This document shows, in pieces, positions 19,552-30,330 of a stretch of 64,000 bases of DNA. Numbering within the stretch: position 1 is the first letter of the stretch; the number at the start of each line of letters is the position of its first letter. The notes under the pieces were generated by a model that worked only from the letters and a program-made list of their open reading frames with translations, did not search any database and had not been told where the DNA came from. The position numbers and the translations under genes are program-made. Origin of the DNA: Gammaproteobacteria bacterium (GTDB taxonomy: Bacteria; Pseudomonadota; Gammaproteobacteria; GCA-001735895); contig JASJCI010000031.1 of the NCBI GenBank assembly GCA_030066085.1, positions 39,626 to 103,625 of the forward strand, written 5' to 3'.

Positions 19552-20373
19552 TTATTGCTGACGCGGCTGGATAACGAGTACCTGCCGGCTGGAATCGAGG
19601 CGAGCCCTCGGTGCGGCCAGCGCCGACACGAATCCGCGCACCTGGTCTTCGCGAATCTCGATCACCTCGGCCACCGGGTAATCCGGCGGAAAGCGGCCGC
19701 CGAGACCCGAGGTCACCAGTTCGTCGCCGATCATGATATCAGCCGTCGCCGGCAGGTAGCGCAGCTCGAGGCTGTCGGTGGTGCCGCGACCGAAGGCTAC
19801 CGAGCGGGTACCGCTGCGGATGAACTGCACCGGGGTCGCGTGTTCCGCGTCGGAAATCAGGATGGTCGTCGCCGAGCGCGGATTGACGTGGATGACCTGG
19901 CCCATGACGCCGAAGTCGTCGATGATCGCGTGCCCGATCTCGACGCCATCGTCACTGCCCTTGTTGATTTCGATGAGCTGGCGATAGGGATTCTGATCCA
20001 CCGACAGCAGCTCGGCGATGATGACCTCGTCGTTGATCCGCGCGGCCGAACCGAGCAGGTTGCGCAGGCGCGCGTTTTCCTCGGCCAGTACCTGCAGCTT
20101 CTGCAGGCGCGCGTTGAGAATTCTGCCCTCGGTGCGCAGCGCCTCGTTTTCCTCGAGCAGCGCCTTGTGCGACGTGAACCACTCCCCGGCCCAGTTACCC
20201 GCAATTGCCGGCAGGCTGACCGCGTAACGTAGCGGCGCCAGCGCAAACGAAATATTGGAGCGGACCACTTCGAGGTGCTGGAAGCGATGGTCGAAGATCA
20301 TCATCGCGATGCAGATCACGATGAGGAACAGCGCCTGCAGGAATGCGCCACGTGCCTGAAGTAGGTTTTTCAT
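19552..20373 (-). CDS. mreC: rod shape-determining protein MreC
   Basis: 273 aa; N-terminal TM, coiled coil (LEENEALRTEGRILNARLQKL), beta-rich C-domain; mreBCD synteny. Confidence 0.85.
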   Translation of the reverse strand: MKNLLQARGAFLQALFLIVICIAMMIFDHRFQHLEVVRSNISFALAPLRYAVSLPAIAGNWAGEWFTSHKALLEENEALRTEGRILNARLQKLQVLAEENARLRNLLGSAARINDEVIIAELLSVDQNPYRQLIEINKGSDDGVEIGHAIIDDFGVMGQVIHVNPRSATTILISDAEHATPVQFIRSGTRSVAFGRGTTDSLELRYLPATADIMIGDELVTSGLGGRFPPDYPVAEVIEIREDQVRGFVSALAAPRARLDSSRQVLVIQPRQQ

Positions 20374-20394
20374 TTAGGCGGTGGCAGCGCGGGA

Positions 20395-21450
<1,056 letters not shown>

Positions 21451-21653
21451 TTAACCCGTCGTAGTCGTTTTGCGGGGTTAGGAACCGGTTTTCCCGACGC
21501 TTGTGCAAAATAATCCCGCAACGTGGCGTACTCTAGCACGGAAAACAATTTTCACAAGCCGAAAAACCTTGCAAATCAGTCTTTTGCTTATACAAGCCGC
21601 GAAATTGTGGTAAGTTTGCGGGCTTTTCCATAGCGCGCAGGAAAATTCCTCAA

Positions 21654-21941
21654 ATGAGCCTGAAACCGGACGACGTGCGTAACATCGCGCAGCTCGCGCG
21701 ATTGCATATCGACGAGGCCGTAATCGACGAATACGCCGCCGATCTTTCGAGCATCCTGGAACTGGTAGAGCAGATGAACCGGGTCGACACCAGTGACGTC
21801 GCGCCGCTGTCCAATCCGCTCGACGCGACCCAGCGCCTGCGCGACGACAGCGTCAGCGAGAGCGACGAGCGCGACAAGTTCCAGGCGATCGCGCCCGACG
21901 TCGCCGACGGGCTCTACCGCGTACCGAAGGTCATAGAATAA
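21654..21941 (+). CDS. gatC: Asp-tRNA(Asn)/Glu-tRNA(Gln) amidotransferase subunit C
   Basis: 95 aa; [15 protein letters not shown]...[11 protein letters not shown] pattern; operon gatCAB. Confidence 0.9.
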   Translation: MSLKPDDVRNIAQLARLHIDEAVIDEYAADLSSILELVEQMNRVDTSDVAPLSNPLDATQRLRDDSVSESDERDKFQAIAPDVADGLYRVPKVIE

Positions 21942-23386
21942 TGGCGCGCGGTGTCGGCGATATCCTGCAGGGACTCGAAAGCGGCGAGTTTTCCAGCGTC
22001 GAAATCACGCAGGACTACCTCGAGCGCATCGAACGCCTGAATCCGTCCCTGAACTGCTTCATCAGCGTGACCGGCGAGATCGCGCTCGAGCAGGCGCGTG
22101 CCGCCGACGCGGCCCGCGCCGCGGGCGAGGCCGGGCCGTTATGCGGCGTGCCGCTGGCCCACAAGGACCTGTTCTGCACCGACGGCGTACGTACCTCCTG
22201 TGGTTCGCGCATGCTCGACAATTTCATCGCACCCTACGATGCCACCGTGATCGCACAGTGCAAGCGTGACGGCGCGGTCATGCTGGGCAAGACCAACATG
22301 GACGAGTTCGCGATGGGCTCGTCGAACGAGAATTCCTACTACGGCCCGGTCGCCAATCCCTGGGACCCGGCGCGCGTGCCCGGCGGCTCGTCCGGCGGTT
22401 CCGCGGCGGCGGTGGCTGCCGGGCTGACACCGGCCGCAACCGGCACCGACACCGGCGGCTCGATTCGCCAGCCGGCCGCGCTGTGCGGCGTGACCGGCAT
22501 CAAGCCAACCTACGGCCGCGTATCGCGCTACGGCATGGTTGCGTTTGCATCCAGCCTCGACCAGGGTGGCCCGCTCGCGCACAGCGCGGCTGACTGCGCT
22601 CGCCTGCTGCAGACCATGGCCGGTTTCGACCAGCGCGACTCGACCTCGGCCGACACCGCGCTGCCCGATTTCAGCGCCGGCCTCGACGGCGGCCTGGCCG
22701 GTCGCAGGATCGGGTTGCCGAAAGAATACTTCGCCGAGGGACTGGATGCGCGCCTCGGCGACGTGATCCAGCAGGCGATCGATGAATTGCAGCAAATGGG
22801 CGCGGAGCTGGTCGAGATCTCGCTCGCCAACATCGACCTGTCGATCCCCGTTTATTACGTGATCGCGATGGCGGAGGCCTCGTCCAACCTGTCGCGCTAC
22901 GACGGCGTACGCTTCGGTCATCGCTGCGACGACCCGGCCGACCTGGAAGACCTGTACAAGCGCTCGCGCTGGGAGGGCTTCGGTGCCGAGGTCAAGCGCC
23001 GCATCATGATCGGCACTTATGCCCTGTCGGCCGGCTACTACGACGCCTACTATCTCAAGGCGCAGCAGCTTCGCCGGCTGATCAAGCAGGATTTCCAGCA
23101 GGCCTTTACCCGTGTCGACTACATCCTGGCACCGGTGACCCCGGAGACCGCGTTCGAGATCGGCGCCAAGGCCAATGACCCGGTCAGCATGTACCTGCAG
23201 GATATCTACACTATCTCGCTCAACCTCGCCGGCCTGCCCGGCATCTCGCTGCCGGCCGGCTTCGTCGACGGCCTGCCGGTCGGTATGCAGCTGATCGGCA
23301 ACTACTTCGACGAGTCCGGGCTGCTGGCCGCCGCGCATGCCTACCAGCAGGTTACCGACTGGCACCTGCGGGAGCCCGGGTCATGA
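21941..23386 (+). CDS. gatA: Asp-tRNA(Asn)/Glu-tRNA(Gln) amidotransferase subunit A
   Basis: 481 aa amidase signature ([14 protein letters not shown]). Confidence 0.95.
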   Translation: MARGVGDILQGLESGEFSSVEITQDYLERIERLNPSLNCFISVTGEIALEQARAADAARAAGEAGPLCGVPLAHKDLFCTDGVRTSCGSRMLDNFIAPYDATVIAQCKRDGAVMLGKTNMDEFAMGSSNENSYYGPVANPWDPARVPGGSSGGSAAAVAAGLTPAATGTDTGGSIRQPAALCGVTGIKPTYGRVSRYGMVAFASSLDQGGPLAHSAADCARLLQTMAGFDQRDSTSADTALPDFSAGLDGGLAGRRIGLPKEYFAEGLDARLGDVIQQAIDELQQMGAELVEISLANIDLSIPVYYVIAMAEASSNLSRYDGVRFGHRCDDPADLEDLYKRSRWEGFGAEVKRRIMIGTYALSAGYYDAYYLKAQQLRRLIKQDFQQAFTRVDYILAPVTPETAFEIGAKANDPVSMYLQDIYTISLNLAGLPGISLPAGFVDGLPVGMQLIGNYFDESGLLAAAHAYQQVTDWHLREPGS

Positions 23387-24822
23387 GCGAGTGGGAAAGC
23401 GTCATCGGGCTCGAGATCCATGCGCAGCTGGCCACCACGAGCAAGATTTTTTCCGGCGCGTCGACCGCGTTCGGCGCCGAACCCAATACCCAGGCCTGCG
23501 CGGTCGATCTCGGCCTGCCCGGCGTGCTGCCGGTGCTCAACCGCGGCGTGGTCGAAATGGCGATCCGCTTCGGCGTTGCGATCGATGCCGATATCGATCA
23601 CCGGTCGATTTTCGCGCGCAAGAATTACTTCTACCCGGACCTGCCGAAGGGTTACCAGATCTCGCAGTACGAGCACCCGATCGTCGGCCGCGGCCACGTC
23701 AGCATCACGCTCGATGACGGCGCGACTATGGAGATCGGCGTGACACGCGCGCACCTGGAGGAAGACGCGGGCAAATCGGTGCACGACCGTTTCGCCGAGC
23801 AAAGCGGTATCGACCTCAACCGCGCCGGCACGCCGCTGCTCGAAATCGTGTCCGAGCCCGACATGCGCAGCGCGAAACAGGCCGTGGCTTACGCGCGCAA
23901 GATCCATTCGCTGGTGCGCTACCTCGAGATCTGCGACGGCAACATGCAGGAAGGCTCATTCCGCTGCGACGCCAACGTGTCGATACGGCGGCGCGGTGAA
24001 AGCGAGCTCGGCACGCGCACGGAACTCAAGAATATCAACTCGTTTCGCTTCCTCGAGCGCGCCATCAACCACGAGATCGAGCGCCAGATCGACCTGCTGG
24101 AAGACGGCGGCGCGGTAGTGCAGGAAACCCGCCTGTACGATGCCGATCGCGACGAAACCCGCTCGATGCGCAGCAAGGAAGAAGCCAACGACTACCGTTA
24201 CTTCCCCGATCCCGACCTGTTGCCGGTGGCGATAACCGACGACGACATCGAGCGCGTTCGCGCCAGCCTGCCCGAACTGCCGGAGCAGAAAAAGACGCGC
24301 TTCGTCGATACGCTCGGCCTGTCGGCGGACAATGCCGAGGTCTTGACCGCCAACCGCGATACCGCGCTCTACTTCGAAGCCGCGCTCGAGGCGCAGCCGG
24401 AACTGGCGGCGCCGATCGCGAACTGGGTACTCGGCGATCTCGCCGGCGCGCTCAACAAGGCGGGGATCGAAATCGGCGACAGCCCGATTTCGCCGGCCCG
24501 GCTCGCCGGCCTGGTCGCGCGCATTGCCGACGACACCATCTCCGGCAAGATCGCGAAAGAGGTATTCGAAGCTATCTGGCAGGGCGAGGGTGACGCCGAC
24601 GCGATCATCGAAGCGCGCGGACTCAAGCAGATCACCGACAGCGGCGCGATCGAGGCGCTGATCGATGCCGTCATCGCCGACAATCCCGAGCAGGTCGAAC
24701 AGTTTCGCGCCGGCAAGGAAAAGGTGCTCGGATTTTTCGTCGGCCAGGTCATGAAGCAGTCGCAGGGCAAGGCCAACCCGGGCCAGGTCAACGCCCTGCT
24801 GCGGGACAAGCTGAAAGCTTGA
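23383..24822 (+). CDS. gatB: Asp-tRNA(Asn)/Glu-tRNA(Gln) amidotransferase subunit B
   Basis: 479 aa, GatB/YqeY C-terminus. Confidence 0.95.
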   Translation: MSEWESVIGLEIHAQLATTSKIFSGASTAFGAEPNTQACAVDLGLPGVLPVLNRGVVEMAIRFGVAIDADIDHRSIFARKNYFYPDLPKGYQISQYEHPIVGRGHVSITLDDGATMEIGVTRAHLEEDAGKSVHDRFAEQSGIDLNRAGTPLLEIVSEPDMRSAKQAVAYARKIHSLVRYLEICDGNMQEGSFRCDANVSIRRRGESELGTRTELKNINSFRFLERAINHEIERQIDLLEDGGAVVQETRLYDADRDETRSMRSKEEANDYRYFPDPDLLPVAITDDDIERVRASLPELPEQKKTRFVDTLGLSADNAEVLTANRDTALYFEAALEAQPELAAPIANWVLGDLAGALNKAGIEIGDSPISPARLAGLVARIADDTISGKIAKEVFEAIWQGEGDADAIIEARGLKQITDSGAIEALIDAVIADNPEQVEQFRAGKEKVLGFFVGQVMKQSQGKANPGQVNALLRDKLKA

Positions 24823-25157
24823 ATCGGCTGACTATCAGGCGCGCGGCAAGTTACCGCATCATCACGCGGGCACTGGAGTTCGAGGGCCGCGCGCTGGTGG
24901 GCCTGCTGCAAACCGATGCCGACGACTGCGAAACCGGTCTTGATCCGGATCAACTGCGCGCCAGACTGGATGCCAACCCGGATGCGATAATCGTTTACAA
25001 TCAGCAGGCCGACGCGATGTCGCTGGTCGATTCGCTGGACGCGAAGCCGGACCGGGTTTACATCGAAATCGAGCAGGATACCAAGGGAGTTCTCGGCCTG
25101 TATGCCCATCGCCGCGTTGCCGGCGAACGCGAGACCGTGGAACTCGTTTACCAGTAA
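24819..25157 (+). CDS. hypothetical protein, possibly translationally coupled to gatB
   Basis: 112 aa; TTG start overlaps the gatB TGA (cTTGAat); no recognised domain. Confidence 0.35.
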   Translation: MNRLTIRRAASYRIITRALEFEGRALVGLLQTDADDCETGLDPDQLRARLDANPDAIIVYNQQADAMSLVDSLDAKPDRVYIEIEQDTKGVLGLYAHRRVAGERETVELVYQ

Positions 25158-25196
25158 CCGGCGGGGCGGTTCCCGCCCATCGACAATTCCGACGCC

Positions 25197-25943
25197 ATGT
25201 CCAAAGTCATGCTGATTACCGGCGCGAGTCGCGGTATCGGTGCCGAAACGGCCCGGCAGGCCGCCGCGCGCGGTTACGCGCTGTGCCTCAATTACCGCTC
25301 GCGCGCCGACGCCGCCGAGGAAATCCGCGCGGCCTGCGCGGCCGAGGGCGCACAGGCCATTACCTGCCAGGCCGACGTGGCCGACGAGGCAGAGGTCGCG
25401 CGCCTGTTCGCAACCATCGACAGCCAGCTCGGGCCGATCAGCGCGCTGGTCAATAACGCCGGCATACTCGAAACCCAGAGCGACCTGGTCGACATGAGCG
25501 TCGAGCGCTGGCGCCGGGTTTACGAGGTCAACGTGCTCGGGACCTTCCTGTGCTCGCGCGCGGCGGTGCGCCGCATGTCGACCCTTCACGGCGGCAAGGG
25601 GGGGGCGATCGTGAACCTGTCGTCACGCGCGGCCGATCTCGGCGCACCGCACGAGTACGTCGACTACGCGGCGTCCAAGGGTGCGGTCGACGCGATGACG
25701 ATCGGCCTCGCCAAGGAAGTCGGCGCACAGGGTATCCGCGTGAACGCGGTCAAGCCCGGACTGATCTACACCGACATACACGCGGACAGCGGCGAAGCCG
25801 GCCGGGTCGACCGGCTCAAGGTCAATGTACCGATGCAACGCGGCGGCCTGCCGTCGGAGGTGGCCGAGGCAATTATCTGGCTATTGTCCGATGCCGCGGC
25901 CTACACGACCGCGAGCTTCATCGACGTGTCCGGCGGCCGTTGA
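25197..25943 (+). CDS. SDR-family NAD(P)-dependent oxidoreductase
   Basis: TGASRGIG Rossmann motif, NNAG, catalytic S...YxxxK (YAASKGA). Confidence 0.85.
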   Translation: MSKVMLITGASRGIGAETARQAAARGYALCLNYRSRADAAEEIRAACAAEGAQAITCQADVADEAEVARLFATIDSQLGPISALVNNAGILETQSDLVDMSVERWRRVYEVNVLGTFLCSRAAVRRMSTLHGGKGGAIVNLSSRAADLGAPHEYVDYAASKGAVDAMTIGLAKEVGAQGIRVNAVKPGLIYTDIHADSGEAGRVDRLKVNVPMQRGGLPSEVAEAIIWLLSDAAAYTTASFIDVSGGR

Positions 25944-25945
25944 AC

Positions 25946-28042
25946 ATGTCGCACGATCCCGGCTCCATTCCACTGCTCTCGCTCGACGCGATCGCGTTCG
26001 ATTCGGAAACCACCGGCCTCGATACGTCCAAGGCGCGCATGATCCAGCTCGGCGCGGTGCGCATCGTGCACGGCGAGGTAGTGGTGGACGCCAATTTCCA
26101 GGAATTGATCAACCCCGGCGTGCCGATCCCGGCGGAAAGCCAGGCGATTCACGGCATCAGCGACAGCGATGTCGCCGATGCGCGCGGCTTCGCCGACGTC
26201 GCCGCCGAATTCGACGCCTGGCGCGGTAATTCCGTGCTGATCGGCTATGCCAGCGGTTTCGACCTGGCGATGCTCAAGCGCGAGCGCGACCTCGCCGGCC
26301 TCGAGTGGCAGGCGCCGCGCTGCCTCGACGTGCGTTTCCTGGTCAACCTGCTGGCGCCCAACCTGCCCGATTTTTCGCTCGACACCATCGCCAGCTGGTC
26401 CGGGGTCGACATCAAGGGCCGCCACAGCGCGCTCGGCGACGCGATCGCTACCGCCGAGATTTTCGTCGCGCTGATCCCGCGCCTGCGCGAGGCCGGCATC
26501 CGCACGCTGGCCGAGGTCGAACGCGCCTGCGACCGTTTCAGCGAATCCAGCATGCGCGAGACCCAGATCGGCTGGCACGACCTCAACGAGGCGCGCCGTT
26601 CGCGCACGGTCATGGCGCGTATCGACAGTTTTCCCTACCGCCACCGCCTGCGGGACCTGATGAACAGTCCGCCAATCCTGGTGCCCGGATCCATGTCGCT
26701 GCGCGAAGCGCTGGCGGAGATGATCGATCACGAGGTCAGCTCGCTGTACGTCAAGCCGCTCGAGCAAGGCGGTGATACCGGCATCCTGACCGAGCGCGAT
26801 ATCCTGCGGCGGTTCCGCCAGGATGGCGAGGAAGCGTTTGCGCTGCGCGTGCGCGAGGTCGCGGTTTTTCCGCTCGCGAGCCTGCCGGCGGAGGCCTTCG
26901 TCTACCGCGCCATCGCGCGCATGAAACGCATGCACGTGCGCCATCTCGGCGTACACGATTATCGCGGCCGCATCATCGGCGCGCTGTCGGCACGCGATCT
27001 CTTGCGCCAGCGCGCCGACGACGCGATCCAGCTCGGCGACGACATCATGGCCGCCAAGACCGCGGGGCAGATGGCCGCGGTGTGGGGCAAGATTACCCTG
27101 GTCGCGAAAAGCCTGGTGGCCGAGGACGTCGACGCGCGCGATATCGCCGCGGTGATCTCGCGCGAGCTTTGCGCGCTGACCCGCCAGGCCTGCGTAATTG
27201 CCGAGCACATGATGCCGAGCCCGCCGCCGCGCAAGTACGCGCTGCTGGTACTCGGTTCCGGCGGCCGCGGCGAGAGCCTGCTGGCAATGGACCAGGACAA
27301 CGCCGTGGTCTATGCCGATGCCGAGGAAGACGACGCTGCCGACGAGTGGTTCGAAGCTTTCGGCAAACACGTCGCGGACATACTCGACGAGGCCGGCGTT
27401 CCCTACTGCAAGGGCGGCATCATGGCCAGCAACGCGGAGTGGCGCATGTCGCTCAAAGCCTGGAAAAAAACGGTCAAGCAATGGATCAAGCGCAAGTCGC
27501 CGGAAGACATTCTCAACTGCGATATCTTTTTCGACGCGGTACCGGTGCACGGCGACTTCAAACTCGCCAACAAGCTGCTCGACAGGGCGTTCGAAATCGG
27601 CGGCAGCTCCGGCCTGTTCATCAAGCTGATGTCGATCAACGCCTGCAAGAACGGGCCACCGCTCGGCCTGTTCGGCCGCTTCAAACTCGACAACGGCCGC
27701 ATGGATTTGAAGATGGGCGGCATCATGCCGCTGTTTTCGACCGCGCGTACGCTGGCCATTACCCATGGTATTCGCGCACAGTCGACCCCGGAGCGCCTCG
27801 CCGCCGTCGGCCGCGAGCTCGGCAAGATGGAGACCACGCTGGAGAACCTGGGCGAGGCCCACCGGATCATATTCCACGCCATCCTGGAACAGCAGCTGCT
27901 CGATCTGGAAGCCGGCATACCGCTGTCGAACCGGGTCGCGCCGAACAGCCTCAACTCGGCCATGCGCGACCAGCTGAGCTGGGCGCTGGAACAGGTGCCG
28001 AACGTGTCCAACCTGCTGGGTGACCCGCTCTCGCGCGGCTGA
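25946..28042 (+). CDS. DnaQ-like DEDDh 3'-5' exonuclease :: tandem CBS :: DUF294 nucleotidyltransferase-type fusion protein
   Basis: 699 aa from ATG 25946; N-terminus FDSETTGLD...HGISDSD...HSALGDA (PolIII epsilon-like exo motifs I-III); middle CBS pair; C-terminal half matches DUF294/DUF294_C (LGSGGRGE...DQDNAVVY). Confidence 0.8.
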   Translation: MSHDPGSIPLLSLDAIAFDSETTGLDTSKARMIQLGAVRIVHGEVVVDANFQELINPGVPIPAESQAIHGISDSDVADARGFADVAAEFDAWRGNSVLIGYASGFDLAMLKRERDLAGLEWQAPRCLDVRFLVNLLAPNLPDFSLDTIASWSGVDIKGRHSALGDAIATAEIFVALIPRLREAGIRTLAEVERACDRFSESSMRETQIGWHDLNEARRSRTVMARIDSFPYRHRLRDLMNSPPILVPGSMSLREALAEMIDHEVSSLYVKPLEQGGDTGILTERDILRRFRQDGEEAFALRVREVAVFPLASLPAEAFVYRAIARMKRMHVRHLGVHDYRGRIIGALSARDLLRQRADDAIQLGDDIMAAKTAGQMAAVWGKITLVAKSLVAEDVDARDIAAVISRELCALTRQACVIAEHMMPSPPPRKYALLVLGSGGRGESLLAMDQDNAVVYADAEEDDAADEWFEAFGKHVADILDEAGVPYCKGGIMASNAEWRMSLKAWKKTVKQWIKRKSPEDILNCDIFFDAVPVHGDFKLANKLLDRAFEIGGSSGLFIKLMSINACKNGPPLGLFGRFKLDNGRMDLKMGGIMPLFSTARTLAITHGIRAQSTPERLAAVGRELGKMETTLENLGEAHRIIFHAILEQQLLDLEAGIPLSNRVAPNSLNSAMRDQLSWALEQVPNVSNLLGDPLSRG

Positions 28043-28281
28043 AAGCTCGAAGACAGTTTTCTGTCGGTAATTCACCGGGCTCGCCGCCAGGTTGCCAGCC
28101 GAACGCACGAGGGACCAAAACAGGTTCTGTGCCCGAAGCGGTCTCCGGGAACACTCACACCAGGGGCGTTCGCCTGAAAGCGGGCCCCAGTCCCGGACCT
28201 GGCACTCAGAATCGCGCCCCCGGCCGGGCATTAACGCCGAGATTGACAATCATTAGACCGGGGCGTCAAATCGACGGCACT

Positions 28282-29292
28282 ATGAACGAACAGGCAACAC
28301 CAGCACCGGCGGCACTATTAGACGTGGGCAGGTTTGATCCGAAGTGCGCCGAATCGTCCTGGACACTTCCGTCAACGTGGTATTTCGATGAACAAATCTA
28401 CGCCCTTGAACAAAGCCGCATATTCAGCAAGACGTGGTGTTACCAGTGCCATAAGGGGGATGTAGCCAGTCCGGGCGATCGTTGTTACGGCAATGTGGCA
28501 GGTCAACCCATTGTCATCTGGCATGAGCAAGACCATGGCCTGCATGCCATAAATCTTACCAATCAGCGAGCCATATCTATCGAAACTTATGCTGGTTTCG
28601 TGTTTGTGAACCTGGATCCCGCTGCGTTGCCGCTAAGGCAACAGGCCGGAAAGTTCATCGATGACATGTATCGCTGCTGTCCACGATTGGACGAGCTGGT
28701 TCGCGTGCAGCGTATCGAGCGTGAAGTCGGCGCCAACTGGAAAACCCTGATCGATAACAACCACGAGTGCTATCACTGCGCCTTCAATCACAAGTCGTTG
28801 ATGCAGCTTGTCGACTACGAAAGCCAGGCGGTCTGGAGTGATGACGGCATTACCTTTAGTCACGAGGTCAAGCGCAAACAACTCGACAATCCAGCTTATG
28901 CGCTAAATCCCGACGAACTCAGGCAGGACTCACTATTTGGCTTCATTTGGCCAACACTGATCCCGCTGTGGTTCCCGGGCTCCCCAAGCGCGGTCTTGTT
29001 TCAGGTGATACCGAATGGCCCTGAAAGCAGTATCGCACGGCATGATTTTTATTTTCTCGATACAGGGATGAGCAGCCAGGAACAGGATTTTGTTGATTAT
29101 ATAGACAAGGTACTGGTACCCGAGGACGTGACTTTGTGCGAATCGGTGCAGAGAGGACTGCGGTCGCGTGGTTACCGACAGGGCAAGCTGATTGTCGATC
29201 GCTCACGACCTGATTTCTCCGAGCACCACGTGCATTTTTTTCAGCAGTTTGTCTATCAGGCGTTACTCGAAGCCAAAGCAGCAGTTCCATAG
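28282..29292 (+). CDS. aromatic-ring-hydroxylating oxygenase alpha-subunit homolog with degenerate (ligand-less) Rieske domain
   Basis: 336 aa; N-terminal Rieske-fold region aligns to RHO alpha subunits but all four ligands are replaced (CxH box read as LTNQRA, CxxH box read as ETYAGF); catalytic-domain mononuclear Fe motif retained (NWKTLIDNNHECYHCAFNH); lower GC than flanks. Confidence 0.6.
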   Translation: MNEQATPAPAALLDVGRFDPKCAESSWTLPSTWYFDEQIYALEQSRIFSKTWCYQCHKGDVASPGDRCYGNVAGQPIVIWHEQDHGLHAINLTNQRAISIETYAGFVFVNLDPAALPLRQQAGKFIDDMYRCCPRLDELVRVQRIEREVGANWKTLIDNNHECYHCAFNHKSLMQLVDYESQAVWSDDGITFSHEVKRKQLDNPAYALNPDELRQDSLFGFIWPTLIPLWFPGSPSAVLFQVIPNGPESSIARHDFYFLDTGMSSQEQDFVDYIDKVLVPEDVTLCESVQRGLRSRGYRQGKLIVDRSRPDFSEHHVHFFQQFVYQALLEAKAAVP

Positions 29293-29517
29293 CGGGCAAC
29301 CGGCAAATCCCTTCTTTATTCATGGAATCATGTGACAGCAGGCAATACCGCCGTTGACAGTGGCCAAATTGTGTCTGTTTGCTTGCCAGGTATCTGGCGA
29401 GATCCAAAGACTTTAGAGGCCATCTTTTTCCTCAACATCACTCCTCCAACGGGCGTATGATTAACTGGACCGGCTGTATCCGCCGGCACGTGAATTTCAG
29501 GGGCCGAGGACAGCGGA

Positions 29518-30330
29518 ATGGGCAACATTTCTGATCCACCGGGGGGTAGCTACGCCTTCAGCCAAAATCCTGACCGTGCGCGTGAGCTGGACCGCCTGCG
29601 CCACCAGGCGCTGGCCGCGTGGCCGATGGAGGAGGCCTGGCTAAAGAATCGGGGCCTGGCGGACGGGATGCATGTGCTCGATATCGGCTGCGGGCCGGGG
29701 TTCGTCAGCGAGAAGCTCGCACGGCTGAATCCTGCCGGGGTGACCGTCGGTCTCGAGCCGGATCCCGAACTTGCGCACCTCGCTGGCAAGCGCTTCGACG
29801 CTATCCCGGGACTGTCGCTGCACCAGGGCAGCCTGGCACATAACCATCTCCAGGAGAGTTATTTCGATCTCGCTTATGCGCGGTTCGTAGCGCAACACTT
29901 CGGGTCTCCGCAGGCTGAAATGGCACATATTTTTCGACTCCTCAAGCCCGCTGGTCAGGTTGTGCTGGCGGACGTGGACGACGGCCTGACCCTGGTGTAT
30001 CCCGAGCTGCCGGAGCTACTCGAGGTCATGCGGCTTTCGGACAAACTCCAGGCCGAGGCGGGCGGGGATCGCCGGGTTGGACGAAAGTTACCCGCATTAC
30101 TTACCGCGGCAGGCTTCACCGATGTCGGCTTCGACATTTTGCCTTTCACGAGTCGCCAGCTCGGCCGTCACGCCCTGTTCGACCTGGCATGGTCATTTCG
30201 TCTGCACCGGATCGAACAACTTACCGGCGCCGACAACAAGCGCCTGGTCGAAAAAGTGAAGGACTTCTTCAGCAGCCAGGACTGGTATGGCGTCACCTGC
30301 GTGATAGCCGCATATGGTGTCAAACAGTGA
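29518..30330 (+). CDS. class I SAM-dependent methyltransferase
   Basis: 270 aa; motif I VLDIGCGPGFVSEKLA, motif post-I/II present; lower-GC island. Confidence 0.8.
   Translation: MGNISDPPGGSYAFSQNPDRARELDRLRHQALAAWPMEEAWLKNRGLADGMHVLDIGCGPGFVSEKLARLNPAGVTVGLEPDPELAHLAGKRFDAIPGLSLHQGSLAHNHLQESYFDLAYARFVAQHFGSPQAEMAHIFRLLKPAGQVVLADVDDGLTLVYPELPELLEVMRLSDKLQAEAGGDRRVGRKLPALLTAAGFTDVGFDILPFTSRQLGRHALFDLAWSFRLHRIEQLTGADNKRLVEKVKDFFSSQDWYGVTCVIAAYGVKQ

Noticed and set aside
22139-23365. 408-aa minus-strand ORF
   Set aside because: Antisense to gatA; GC-driven open frame.
25550-25945. N-terminal 132-codon extension of the 830-aa track ORF
   Set aside because: The extension overlaps the 3' end of the SDR gene in another frame and is Arg/Gly-rich; the ATG at 25946, 3 nt after the SDR stop, begins the conserved exonuclease motif I region.
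25901-28249. 782-aa minus-strand ORF
   Set aside because: Antisense to the DnaQ-CBS-DUF294 gene, which has clear domain signatures; antisense translation is low-complexity R/A/G-rich.
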